Shown: positions 36,468-45,448 of the stretch, piece after piece | How the letters are laid out: every line of letters begins with the position of its first letter | Position numbering within the stretch: the first letter of the stretch is position 1 | Source of the DNA: Nitrospinota bacterium | GTDB lineage: Bacteria > Nitrospinota_A > UBA7883 > JACRGQ01 | Direction: 5' to 3' | Assembly (NCBI GenBank): GCA_016217735.1 | Contig: JACRGQ010000065.1 | Coordinates: forward strand, 1,077 to 65,076 | Length of the DNA: 64,000 nt | The notes under the pieces: model-generated | The model's database searches: none | Seen by the model: only the letters and a program-made list of their open reading frames with translations | What the model was told of the DNA's origin: nothing | Translations under genes and position numbers: made by a program

Positions 36468-37488
36468 TGTTGAGCCACGCGGCGAACGCCGCCCCTTCGC
36501 GCACCGCCGCGCGCAGCGTCAGCAGGTGAAACCGCCGCCGCTGTTTTTCCGGCATCCGCGCCGCGTCTTTTTGCGTGGTGAGCAGCAGCCCGCCGGTAAC
36601 GGCCTCCAGTTCGGCATCGGTGAAGCGGTGATGATCGGCGAAGATGTGGTGGCGCGCAACGTCCGCTCCAAAAGCTTTGACGGTTTTTTCAAACTGTTCC
36701 GGCTTGGCTATGCCGCTGACCAGCGTCACCGCCGCGCCGCCGAGGATTATATCCGCCGCCAGCGTTTCGCCGGACGGGGCGACGACGGATTCGGCGGCGA
36801 TGGCGCATTCGAATACCGGCGTATCCGGCCGTAGCAGAGGGGCAAGGCGCAGCCGGATGCCGGCCACCGTATCTTTATCCGCCATGTTGGCGCGGGTTAT
36901 CAGCACGGCGTCCGCGCGCCGCGCCGAGGAAAGCGGCTCGCGCAGACGTCCGGCCGGCAGCAGCTTTTCGCCGCCAAAGGGGTCGAGCGCGTCCACCAGC
37001 AATATGTTTTTGCCGCGCGCCGCCGCAAGGTGCGAAAAGGCGTCGTCGAGGATCGCCGTCTTCGCGCCGAAGAGGCCGCGCGCGGCGCGGATGCCCTCCA
37101 CCCGGCGCGGCGCGCAGATCACCGGCACGGCGGGCAGCGCGGCGGCGCAGACCAGCGCTTCGTCCGCCGCGTCGGGATAGGGGGCGACGTTCCCTTTGCC
37201 GTCGTTTACCACCTGCACCGGCTCGGCGCTGGCGCGGCCATACCCGCGGCTGACGATGGCCGGTTTTTCCAGCATCGACGCCAGCATGATGGCCACCGGC
37301 GTTTTGCCGGTGCCGCCCACGGTGAGGTTGCCGATGCCGACGACGCGCACCCCCTCCACTTTTTCCGAGGTGAGCAGCCCCGCGCCGTACAGCGCAAGGC
37401 GCGCCCGCACCCCCGCGCCGTAGAGCCACGACAGCGGCGTGAAAAGCGCGCCCGCCAGCCCGCGGTCCGTCGGCTCGATGCGGCTCAT
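36457..37488 (-). CDS. lpxK: Tetraacyldisaccharide 4'-kinase
   Basis: VVGIGNLTVGGTGKTPVAIMLA P-loop. Start at MSRIEP with ATGA overlap to the upstream small ORF. Confidence 0.9.
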   Translation of the reverse strand: MSRIEPTDRGLAGALFTPLSWLYGAGVRARLALYGAGLLTSEKVEGVRVVGIGNLTVGGTGKTPVAIMLASMLEKPAIVSRGYGRASAEPVQVVNDGKGNVAPYPDAADEALVCAAALPAVPVICAPRRVEGIRAARGLFGAKTAILDDAFSHLAAARGKNILLVDALDPFGGEKLLPAGRLREPLSSARRADAVLITRANMADKDTVAGIRLRLAPLLRPDTPVFECAIAAESVVAPSGETLAADIILGGAAVTLVSGIAKPEQFEKTVKAFGADVARHHIFADHHRFTDAELEAVTGGLLLTTQKDAARMPEKQRRRFHLLTLRAAVREGAAFAAWLNINN

Positions 37489-37751
37489 TCCTCCTCCATA
37501 CCGAGGTATTGGCGCACGGCGGGGGAGACGTAAATGTTTTCCAAATCCTCGTCTTTCAGCGTGTCGGCCATTATCGCCGCCTGCGTTCGCGGCGAAAGCC
37601 GCTTGTCCAGTATCAGCATGCGCCGCCCCTCCACTTCGCACAGGCCGCTGCGGATGTTGTGCTCGTCGTCCGCGAGATTGCGGAGCTCTATCTCGATGCC
37701 GCAGTGCGCCAGGGTTTCTTCCAGCGCGGCGCGGAGCGTATCGGCGTCCAT
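37485..37751 (-). CDS. Hypothetical 88-aa protein translationally coupled to lpxK
   Basis: Acidic protein. Its stop overlaps the lpxK start (ATGA). No motif recognised. Confidence 0.45.
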   Translation of the reverse strand: MDADTLRAALEETLAHCGIEIELRNLADDEHNIRSGLCEVEGRRMLILDKRLSPRTQAAIMADTLKDEDLENIYVSPAVRQYLGMEEE

Positions 37752-37821
37752 GCCTTACGATTCTACCCCGGATTATTCATAGGTGGCACGGCCAATCCTG
37801 CCGTGCGCGGCGGGGGGCGTT

Positions 37822-37912
37822 GGTACCACAGGTTTTAACCTGTGGCTGCCGCGCAAGCGGCAGAAACGCCACGGCCTGAAAGGCCGCGCAACAGGTTGAA
37901 ACCTGTTGTACC
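37822..37912 (+). repeat. GGTACC-bounded multi-hairpin element, copy 1 (candidate structured RNA or MITE)
   Basis: GGTAC...GTACC closing helix; CCACAGGT-TTTA-ACCTGTGG; CTGCCGC-GCAA-GCGGCAG; CAACAGGT-TGAA-ACCTGTTG. Confidence 0.75.
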
Positions 37913-37931
37913 AATTCCAATGCGGGATGCG

Positions 37932-38504
37932 TTACTTCTTCAATGCGCGGTAGCGGGTGAACACTTCGTCTTTGGTGAAGACCGACTCCACTTTCAGCCC
38001 CTCGGCTTCCAGCCGTTCGCGCCCCCCCTCCTGCCGGTCGACGAGGGCGATGACGGCGAGGATGCTGAGGCCGAATTCGCGCGCGCTCTTGATGGCCTCC
38101 AGCGCGGAACCGCCGGTGGTGATGACGTCTTCAAGGATCAGCACCTGATCCCCTCTTTGCAAATCCCCTTCGATGGGGCTTTTGGTGCCGTGTTCTTTCA
38201 CCTGCTTGCGGACGACGAACGCCTTCATCGGCAGGCCGCGGCGGAAGCTTTCGCCCGCGGTGGCCACGGCTATCGGGTCGGCCCCCAGCGTGAGGCCGCC
38301 CACCGCGTCGGGCGCGTATTTTTCGGCCAGCGCGAAGAAGGCCTTGCCCACGAGGTCTATCCCCTCAGGATCGTAGGTGGTTTTTTTGCAGTTGACGTAA
38401 AAACTGCTCATCTTGCCGCTGGCCAGCTTGAACGTCGGCTCCTGCGAATAGAGGAACGATTTTTCGGTGAGGAGCGTCAGCAGGCGGTCGCGCGGATCGG
38501 TCAT
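37932..38504 (-). CDS. pyrE: Orotate phosphoribosyltransferase
   Basis: PRPP-binding motif VLILEDVITTGGS, 190 aa. Confidence 0.92.
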   Translation of the reverse strand: MTDPRDRLLTLLTEKSFLYSQEPTFKLASGKMSSFYVNCKKTTYDPEGIDLVGKAFFALAEKYAPDAVGGLTLGADPIAVATAGESFRRGLPMKAFVVRKQVKEHGTKSPIEGDLQRGDQVLILEDVITTGGSALEAIKSAREFGLSILAVIALVDRQEGGRERLEAEGLKVESVFTKDEVFTRYRALKK

Positions 38505-38506
38505 GG

Positions 38507-39169
38507 TCAGCCCTTTATCGGATTAGCTTTTAAGGATGCTTCCATCGCGTTCACCAGTTCGGTGATGCGCGCGGTTTTCATTTTCAGCGATGCGCGGTTC
38601 ACCACCAGCCGCGCGGTGACCGGCATGATGGTTTCCACTTCCACCAGGCCGTTGGCCCGCAGCGTGTCGCCGGTGGATACCAGGTCGACGATCCGCTCGG
38701 CCAGGCCGACCAGCGGCGCGATCTCGATGCTGCCGTAGAGCTTTATCATTTCCACGTGGATGCCCTTGTTCTGGAAATGGCGTTGCGCGATGTTCACGAA
38801 TTTCGTCGCCACGCGGATGGTGGTCCAGCGGCTGGGGTCGTCGTTCTCCTTGAGCGATTTCGGCTCGGCCACCACGAGGCGGCAGAAGCCGAAACCGAGG
38901 TCGAGCATTTCGTAAATCGGCTTGTCCTGCTCTTCCAGTTGGTCCTTGCCGCTGACGCCGATGTCGGCCGCGCCGTTTTCCACGTAGACCGGGATGTCTG
39001 TGTCGCGCACGGTGATGGCGCGCGCGTTGGAGTTGGGGTCTTCAAAGATGAGGCGGCGGTCGTCGTTCAGCGCGGCGGTGAAATCGACGCCGACGCGCTT
39101 GAACAGTTCGATGGTCGGCTTCATGTTCCGCCCGCGCGGAATGGCGACGGTGATTTTTTGCTCTGTCAT
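38507..39169 (-). CDS. hisG: ATP phosphoribosyltransferase, short form
   Basis: Start at MTEQKITVAIPRGR. DIGVSGKD and LVSTGDTLRANGL motifs. ~220 aa. Confidence 0.9.
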   Translation of the reverse strand: MTEQKITVAIPRGRNMKPTIELFKRVGVDFTAALNDDRRLIFEDPNSNARAITVRDTDIPVYVENGAADIGVSGKDQLEEQDKPIYEMLDLGFGFCRLVVAEPKSLKENDDPSRWTTIRVATKFVNIAQRHFQNKGIHVEMIKLYGSIEIAPLVGLAERIVDLVSTGDTLRANGLVEVETIMPVTARLVVNRASLKMKTARITELVNAMEASLKANPIKG

Positions 39170-39217
39170 ATAGACGGCACGATACCACTTGCGCCACATA
39201 GAGGGCAAATAGTGGCT

Positions 39218-41242
39218 CTACAAATTCAGCAATCCTAAAAGTTCCTCTTTTCCGATTACCTTGACGTTGTGTTTATGGGCGTCGTCGAGCTTGGAGCCGG
39301 GATCAGAACCGGCGACGAGGTAGTCGGTTTTTTTCGAGACGCTGCCGGATACCTTGCCCCCTGCGCGCTGGATAAGCTCTTTCGCCTCGTTGCGGCTCAT
39401 CCCTTCCAGCGTGCCGGTGATGACGAACGTTTTGCCCGCCAGCGTTTGCGCGGCGGGTGTCCCACGCGAGCCTTCCATGCTGACGCCGTATTTTTTCAGT
39501 TTTTCGATCAGCTTGATATTTTCGTTATCCTTGAAAAACAGGATAAGGCTTTGCGCTATCTCCGGCCCTATCTCGTGGATGGATGTGAGCTTTTCTTCGT
39601 CCGCCGCCATCAGCGTGTCCACATCGGCGAACGCGCGGGCCATCAAAAAGGCGGCGCGTTCCCCCACATGGCGGATGCCGAGGCCGACCAGCAGTTTTTC
39701 CAGTCCGCGCCTCTTCGCCGCCTCTATCGATCTGCGGAGGTTCTCGGCGCTCTTTTCCCCCATCTTTTCTATCTCGGCCACCGCCGCGTAATCGAGGTTG
39801 AAGATGTCGGCGAGGTCTTTCAGCATCCCTTTTTGCACCATCGCCTCGATGCGGCTGGGGCCGAGGCCGTCTATATCCATGCTGTCGCGCCGGGCGAAGT
39901 GGATGATTGCCTCAAGCTGCTGCGCCGGGCAGCGGCGGTTGAGGCAACGCACCGCCGCCTCTCCCTCCGCGCGCGCCACCTCACCGCCGCAGGCGGGACA
40001 CTTCTTCGGCATGGCCCACGGCTTGCTCCCCGCCGGGCGTTTTTCCGGCAGCACCTTCATCACCTGCGGGATGATGTCGCCCGCTTTTTGGATGATGACG
40101 CTGTCCCCCACGCGCACGTCTTTTTGCTTAACGTTGTCCTCGTTGTGCAGCGTGGCGCGGCTGATGGTGCTGCCCGCCAAAAAGACCGGGGTCAGGTCGG
40201 CCACCGGCGTCAGCGTGCCGGTGCGCCCCACCTGCACCACGATGTTTTGCACCACCGTTTCGGCCTGCTCGGCGGCGTACTTGTAGGCGATGGCCCACCG
40301 GGGGAATTTGCTGGTGGCCCCCAGCTCGCGCTGGTTGGGGAAACTGTTCACCTTCACCACCAGCCCGTCGGTATCGAAGGGGAGTTTCTTTCGTTTCTCC
40401 TCCCACGCCGCGATCTCTTCCAGTACGCCATCGATGGATTGCTGTTTTTTATAAGCATCGTTCACTGGGAAGCCGAGAGCTTTAAGTTTTTCCATCATCT
40501 CAAATTGGCTATGCAGAACCTTGTCGCGTATCGCGTTGCCGCTTTTGTCGAAAATGTAGAGCGCGTAGCAGAAGAAGCGGAGCTTGCGGCCTTTGGTGAC
40601 GTTCGCGTCCAGCAGCCGCACGCTTCCGGCGGCGGCGTTGCGCGGGTTGGCGAACGGCTCTTCCCCCGCCCCCTGCCGTTCTTCGTTCAATTTAAGGAAG
40701 TCGGCGCGCCGCAGGTATATCTCGCCGCGCACCTCGCAGCGCACCCACGCGGCGGGGGTTTTGATGGCGTGCGGGATTTCCGCGATGGTCTTGACGTTGG
40801 CCGTTACGTCTTCGCCGGTTTTGCCGTCGCCGCGGGTGACGCCCAGCTTCAGCTTTCCTCCTTCATATATGAGGTTGACCCCAAGGCCGTCTATTTTCAA
40901 CTCGGTCAGGTATTCGGCGTGGTCGCGGGCAAGCCCCTTCTTCACCCGCTTGTCGAATTCGCGCAGATCTTCGGGATTGTAGCTGTTGTCGAGCGAGAGC
41001 ATCGGCGGGTTGTGGCTGTACGCGGCGAAGCCTTCCCGCACGCCGCCGCCCACTTTTTGCGTGGGGCTGTCCGCCGTGCGGAAGAGGGGGTATTCGTCCT
41101 CCAGCCGCCGGAGTTCGGCCATCAGCTTGTCGAACTCTTCGTCGGAGATTTCGGGGCGGTCTTCGAGGTAGTACTTTTCGCTGTGGATGTTGATGAGCTT
41201 TTTCAGCTCGTCGATGCGTTTGCCCGGATCGGTCTTCCCCAT
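39218..41242 (-). CDS. ligA: NAD-dependent DNA ligase
   Basis: Adenylation motif TELKIDGLGV, four-Cys Zn finger CPACGGEV...CLNRRCPAQ, HhH and BRCT region (TFVITGTL). Confidence 0.96.
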   Translation of the reverse strand: MGKTDPGKRIDELKKLINIHSEKYYLEDRPEISDEEFDKLMAELRRLEDEYPLFRTADSPTQKVGGGVREGFAAYSHNPPMLSLDNSYNPEDLREFDKRVKKGLARDHAEYLTELKIDGLGVNLIYEGGKLKLGVTRGDGKTGEDVTANVKTIAEIPHAIKTPAAWVRCEVRGEIYLRRADFLKLNEERQGAGEEPFANPRNAAAGSVRLLDANVTKGRKLRFFCYALYIFDKSGNAIRDKVLHSQFEMMEKLKALGFPVNDAYKKQQSIDGVLEEIAAWEEKRKKLPFDTDGLVVKVNSFPNQRELGATSKFPRWAIAYKYAAEQAETVVQNIVVQVGRTGTLTPVADLTPVFLAGSTISRATLHNEDNVKQKDVRVGDSVIIQKAGDIIPQVMKVLPEKRPAGSKPWAMPKKCPACGGEVARAEGEAAVRCLNRRCPAQQLEAIIHFARRDSMDIDGLGPSRIEAMVQKGMLKDLADIFNLDYAAVAEIEKMGEKSAENLRRSIEAAKRRGLEKLLVGLGIRHVGERAAFLMARAFADVDTLMAADEEKLTSIHEIGPEIAQSLILFFKDNENIKLIEKLKKYGVSMEGSRGTPAAQTLAGKTFVITGTLEGMSRNEAKELIQRAGGKVSGSVSKKTDYLVAGSDPGSKLDDAHKHNVKVIGKEELLGLLNL

Positions 41243-41292
41243 CCGGCTATTTTAGGGAATTGGCGGAAAAAGCACCACGTCTAAACGCACTG

Positions 41293-41394
41293 GTCATTCT
41301 GAGGAGTGAAGTTTTGTCATTCTGAGCCGCAGACGAAGAACCCCTTTCCGGGGAAAGAAGGGAAAGTGATCCTTCGCCTTTGGCTCAGGATGAC
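41293..41394 (-). repeat. GTCATYCTGAG-family composite element, inverted copy of 31297-31397
   Basis: The reverse complement aligns with 31297-31397 with about 8 differences in ~101 nt (by eye). Confidence 0.8.
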
Positions 41395-41402
41395 AACGCG
41401 GG

Positions 41403-41684
41403 CTATTTTTCGAGGCGGATGAGCTTGACGAACGGCAGGATGCGCTTGATGTCCGCCGGCGAAAGCTCCACGCCGCGGTTGTAGAGATCCAGCGTCTGCT
41501 CGTCCAGCACATGGTAGTGGCCGTTCCAGCAGTGATAGGTGAGTATCGGGGTGCCGAGGCTGTCGATCAGCCGGTTGAACCAGACCGGACCGCCGCACAC
41601 ATGGCAGTGGCCGAATATCTTGGCGTAGTCCGGGGCCAAGTCGGTTTTGGGATCGATGCCGTTATTCTTTTTGCCCATATTCAT
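41403..41684 (-). CDS. Hypothetical small Cys/His-containing protein
   Basis: HCHVCGG...HCWNGHYH suggests a zinc-binding knuckle. 93 aa. Confidence 0.4.
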   Translation of the reverse strand: MNMGKKNNGIDPKTDLAPDYAKIFGHCHVCGGPVWFNRLIDSLGTPILTYHCWNGHYHVLDEQTLDLYNRGVELSPADIKRILPFVKLIRLEK

Positions 41685-41813
41685 TTTGTCCTGTTGGAGG
41701 CCATTGTAACACCGGCGGGGCGGTTTTCATCCAAAATATCGTTGGTAAAAAGGCAAAAGGGGGTAAAATTGGCTTGCTGGAAACAGCGCAACCGGAAACG
41801 TGGGAGAACTTTT

Positions 41814-42761
41814 ATGGAAACGTACGATCTCGTCATCGTTGGTGGCGGGCCTGGGGGGCTTTCGGCCGCCGTGTATGCCATGCGCGCCCGGATGAAGACG
41901 CTGCTGCTGGAGCGTGCCGGCCTGGGGGGCCAGATAGCCACCACCGACATCATTGAAAATTACCTCGGCTTCCCCTCGCTGTCGGGGCCGGCGCTGGTGG
42001 CGGAATTTGAAAAGCACGCCAAGGCGGTGGAAACGCCGGTGAAGTATGCGATGGCGCACAAGATAGTGAAAGAGGAAAACCTCTTCATCATCGATCTGGG
42101 TGATGAAAAGATCGCCGCCAAGTCCGTGATTCTGAGCTCCGGCGCCGAGCCGAAGAAGGCGGGGGTTCCCGGCGAGGCGGAGTTTCTGGGGCGCGGCGTT
42201 TCCAACTGCGGCACCTGCGACGGCCCCTTCTACCGCAATCAGGACATCGCCATCGTCGGCGGCGGCGACACCGCCACGAAGGAGGCGATCTACCTCAGCA
42301 AGATCGCCCGGAAAGTTTACCTGGTGCATCGGCGCGGCGAACTGCGCGCCGAAAAGGTGCTGCAGGAACGGGCATTGGCGCGCCCCAATGTGGAGTTCCT
42401 CTGGTTTCACCGTCCGCTGGAGATACTGGGGGACAAGTCGGGGGTCACCGGCCTCGCCGTGGAAAGCATTGAAACGAAAGAAAAGAAGACGCTCGGCCTG
42501 ATGGGGGTTTTCGTGTTCGTCGGCGTGGTTCCCAACACCGGCTTCGTCGATTGCGCGAAGGACGCCTCCGGGTTCATCACGGTGAACGAAAAACTGGAAT
42601 CCAGCATCCCCGGCCTGTTCGCGGTGGGGGATTGCCGCGTGACGCCGCTGCGGCAGGTGGCCGTGGCGGTGGGGGATGGCGCGATAGCCGCCACCATGGC
42701 CGAGGAACACGTTTCGGCAATGGAAGGACGCCTCTACGCCGGCAAAGCGGCGAAGGGGTAG
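41814..42761 (+). CDS. trxB: Thioredoxin-disulfide reductase
   Basis: GGGAGAA SD. VIVGGGPGGLSAA FAD motif, redox CGTCDG, NADPH motif IVGGGDTA, GLFAVGDC. Confidence 0.92.
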   Translation: METYDLVIVGGGPGGLSAAVYAMRARMKTLLLERAGLGGQIATTDIIENYLGFPSLSGPALVAEFEKHAKAVETPVKYAMAHKIVKEENLFIIDLGDEKIAAKSVILSSGAEPKKAGVPGEAEFLGRGVSNCGTCDGPFYRNQDIAIVGGGDTATKEAIYLSKIARKVYLVHRRGELRAEKVLQERALARPNVEFLWFHRPLEILGDKSGVTGLAVESIETKEKKTLGLMGVFVFVGVVPNTGFVDCAKDASGFITVNEKLESSIPGLFAVGDCRVTPLRQVAVAVGDGAIAATMAEEHVSAMEGRLYAGKAAKG

Positions 42762-42767
42762 ACGCCG

Positions 42768-44759
42768 TTGACATCCGCAGGCATGAATGCCCCCATAAAA
42801 CCCGGTACGGCCCAAAAGCTCTTTCTGGAGTATAACCGCCGCCGCCGCCAGATGGCGGTTCAGGCCGCGCCCAAAAACGCGCCGATAGCGCTCAACTATG
42901 TGCCGTTGCTGCTGCACTATAACCACGCCTCCATGCCGTGCCGTCTGGAAGCGCCGGGCGGCGCGGGCGGGATCGACGTTTTCGAGCTGACCGATGACAT
43001 GCGCCAGTCGGCCGCCGTGATGATTTCCGATTGGCGCGCCGTGGAAAAAGACCTCAACTTCTGGAGGCCCAAAAAAATCCTCATCGAATCGCTGATGCTC
43101 ATGGGGAGCGTGGGCACCGCCGCGCAAAACGCCGCCTCGGACTACGACTACTGGGTGGTGGTGGACGAAAAGCGGCTTACCCCCGAGGAGATGGACTGGC
43201 TTCAGCGCAAGCTGGCCGCGGTGGAGACATGGGCGGCGGAAAAGCACGGGCTGGAGCTGCACTTCTTCATCACCGACATCGACCGGGTGCGCGCCAACAA
43301 TTTCGGCAGCGTGGACCATGAAAGCGCCGGCAGCTCGCAGGCGCGCCTCCTCAAGGAAGAGTTTTACCGCACCTGCATCCATGTGGCGGGCAAGTACCCC
43401 GCGTGGTGGCTGACGCCCCCCGGCGCGGACGACGCCGGGTACGTCAAGGCGTTGCAGGGGCTGCAAGGATCGTTCGACGTGGATCCGCGCAAATACGTCG
43501 ACTTGGGGAACGTGTCGGTGATCCCCGGCGGCGAGATGTTCGGCGCGGCGCTCTGGCAGATCAACAAGGCGCTTGCCTCGCCGTTCAAGTCGGTGTTGAA
43601 AATCGCGCTGCTGGAAACGCTCATCGACCCCGAAGGAACCGCCACGCTGCTGTGCGACGAGCTCAAGCGCAATGTGCTGGCCCAAAACGCGGCGGTGGAG
43701 GAACAGGACCCCTACCTGCTCATGATGGACCACCTCCTGATGTTTTACGGGCGGAAAAAACGCCACGAGGTGGTGGATATCCTGCGCAAATGTCTCTACA
43801 ACAAGGTGAAGGTGAAGGTGAACGCCCAGCTCAGGAAGAAACCGAACCTGGCCTTCAAGGAAGAGGCGATGGTCCGGTACGCCGAACGATGGGGATGGGA
43901 CGACGCCCGCACCGGGCTGTTGAACAACTACGAAGAGTGGAACTTCGACCAGATGGTGAAGCTGGGAACCGAACTGCACGGCTTCCTCCTCGAAACCTAC
44001 AAGCGGGTGACCGACGAGCTGAAGGGGCGCGAAGACGTGAAGGCCGGCATCACGGACGAAGACCTGACGGTGCTGGGGCGCAAGATATTTTCGTTTTACA
44101 AGCGCAAGCCGGGAAAGATCGACCCGGTGAAAAAGGCGTCCGACGACGCGTTGCGGCAGGAATCGATCACCTTCATGCCGCAGGTGCAGATGGGTAAAAA
44201 GCCGGCGTGGACGGTCTACCGCGGCAACGTCTCCACCGATGTGGCCCGCCGCGCCAATGTTGAACATACCGCCGTCCGCAAAAGCGCTTCGCTGGCCGAA
44301 CTGGTCTGCTGGCTGGCCATGAACCAGATCATCGACGGCGGCACGTTCCTGCACCTGATCCCGAATCCGCTGCCGGTGCATCTCAAGACGATTCAGGAGC
44401 TGTTGAAGGGGATCATCGAATTCATGCCGCCGCGCGGCGTTCCGCCGCTGGACAACAGCGCGTTGCTGAAATCGGAGCAGATCACGGGAATGATGGTGAT
44501 CGCCAATTTCGTGTCGCAGCCGTGGACGAAGGAGATGGAAGAGACGGTGCTTCTGTACCGCAACAGCCACGGCGAAACCTTTTGCGAGGCGTTGGACGCC
44601 AAAGCGGGGGCGGAGCGCCTGACCGCGCTCGTCCGGAACATGGTTCCCGGCGCGTCCGCCAACATCAGCCACTACTTCCGGGTCTTCACTCCGCGCACCG
44701 AGCATTCCGCCAAGATCGAAAAAGCCCTCCGCCTGATTTTCACATCCCGCGCGGGATAA
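42768..44759 (+). CDS. Class I (CyaA-type) adenylate cyclase catalytic domain protein, lacking the enterobacterial regulatory C-terminus
   Basis: Block-by-block resemblance to E. coli CyaA as I recall it: LLLHYNHASMP, MGSVGTAAQNAASDYDYWVVV (the D-x-D), LELHFFITD, LLKEEFYRTCIHVAGK, FGAALWQINKALASPFKSVLKIALLE, WGWDDAR. TTG start at 42768 (ATG alternative at 42783). 663 aa. Confidence 0.8.
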   Translation: MTSAGMNAPIKPGTAQKLFLEYNRRRRQMAVQAAPKNAPIALNYVPLLLHYNHASMPCRLEAPGGAGGIDVFELTDDMRQSAAVMISDWRAVEKDLNFWRPKKILIESLMLMGSVGTAAQNAASDYDYWVVVDEKRLTPEEMDWLQRKLAAVETWAAEKHGLELHFFITDIDRVRANNFGSVDHESAGSSQARLLKEEFYRTCIHVAGKYPAWWLTPPGADDAGYVKALQGLQGSFDVDPRKYVDLGNVSVIPGGEMFGAALWQINKALASPFKSVLKIALLETLIDPEGTATLLCDELKRNVLAQNAAVEEQDPYLLMMDHLLMFYGRKKRHEVVDILRKCLYNKVKVKVNAQLRKKPNLAFKEEAMVRYAERWGWDDARTGLLNNYEEWNFDQMVKLGTELHGFLLETYKRVTDELKGREDVKAGITDEDLTVLGRKIFSFYKRKPGKIDPVKKASDDALRQESITFMPQVQMGKKPAWTVYRGNVSTDVARRANVEHTAVRKSASLAELVCWLAMNQIIDGGTFLHLIPNPLPVHLKTIQELLKGIIEFMPPRGVPPLDNSALLKSEQITGMMVIANFVSQPWTKEMEETVLLYRNSHGETFCEALDAKAGAERLTALVRNMVPGASANISHYFRVFTPRTEHSAKIEKALRLIFTSRAG

Positions 44760-44770
44760 GGCGGATCCGG

Positions 44771-45448
44771 ATGGATCGGCCCATCTCCGTGATTATCCCG
44801 GCCCGCGGCGAGGGGGAACACCTGGCGCATCTCGCGCGGGCGCTGCAATCGGCTCCGGGGGTGGAGGTGATCGCCGCCGTTCCCAATGGCGACGAGGCGA
44901 CCGCCGCCACCGCCGCGCGCGGCGGGGCGCGGGTGATCCGGGGGGCGGCGGGGCGCGGCGCGCAGCTTATCGCCGGCGCGGCCGGCGCCACGGGGGAGAT
45001 ACTTCTTTTTTGCCATGCCGACACCATGCTTCCCCCCGGCTGGGACGCGGCGGTGCGCGCCGCGCTTGCGGCGCCCGGGGTGGCTGGCGGCGCTTTCCGG
45101 CTGCGAATCGGCGCGCCGGGAGCCGCCTACCGCGTGATCGAAAAAATGGCGAACCTCCGGGCGCGCTGGGTCCGGTTGCCGTACGGCGACCAGGCGCTTT
45201 TCACCACGCGCGCGGCGTATGACGCGGCGGGCGGTTTCGCGCCGCTGCCGCTGATGGAAGACGTCGATTTCATCCGGCGGCTGGGGCGGCGCGGGCGGTT
45301 GGCGTTGCTGGCGGAGGAAGCGGTCACTTCGGCCCGGCGGTGGGAGCGCGAAGGGCCGCTCCGCGCCACCGTGCGGAACTGGACGCTGATGGCGCTCTAC
45401 CTGCTCGGCGTTTCGCCGGTCACTTTGGCGGGTTTTTACCGGCGATAA
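44771..45448 (+). CDS. Family-2 glycosyltransferase (small, TIGR04283-like)
   Basis: ISVIIPARGE, LLFCHADT, PYGDQALF motifs. 225 aa. Confidence 0.7.
   Translation: MDRPISVIIPARGEGEHLAHLARALQSAPGVEVIAAVPNGDEATAATAARGGARVIRGAAGRGAQLIAGAAGATGEILLFCHADTMLPPGWDAAVRAALAAPGVAGGAFRLRIGAPGAAYRVIEKMANLRARWVRLPYGDQALFTTRAAYDAAGGFAPLPLMEDVDFIRRLGRRGRLALLAEEAVTSARRWEREGPLRATVRNWTLMALYLLGVSPVTLAGFYRR

Noticed and set aside
37788-37806. TGGCAC hexamer (aTGGCACggccaatcctgcc) as a sigma54 -24 element
   Set aside because: No TTGC/GC dinucleotide lies at the required 10-nt spacing. The sequence is also part of a GCACGGC/GCCGTGC hairpin next to repeat copy 1.
39269-41284. 671-aa ORF on the plus strand
   Set aside because: It is antisense to ligA, which is unambiguous. 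This is a shadow ORF.
41727-44705. 992-aa ORF on the minus strand
   Set aside because: It is antisense to trxB and the class I cyclase, both of which have clear motifs. The product is Arg/Gly/His/Pro-rich with no domain. This is a typical high-GC shadow ORF.
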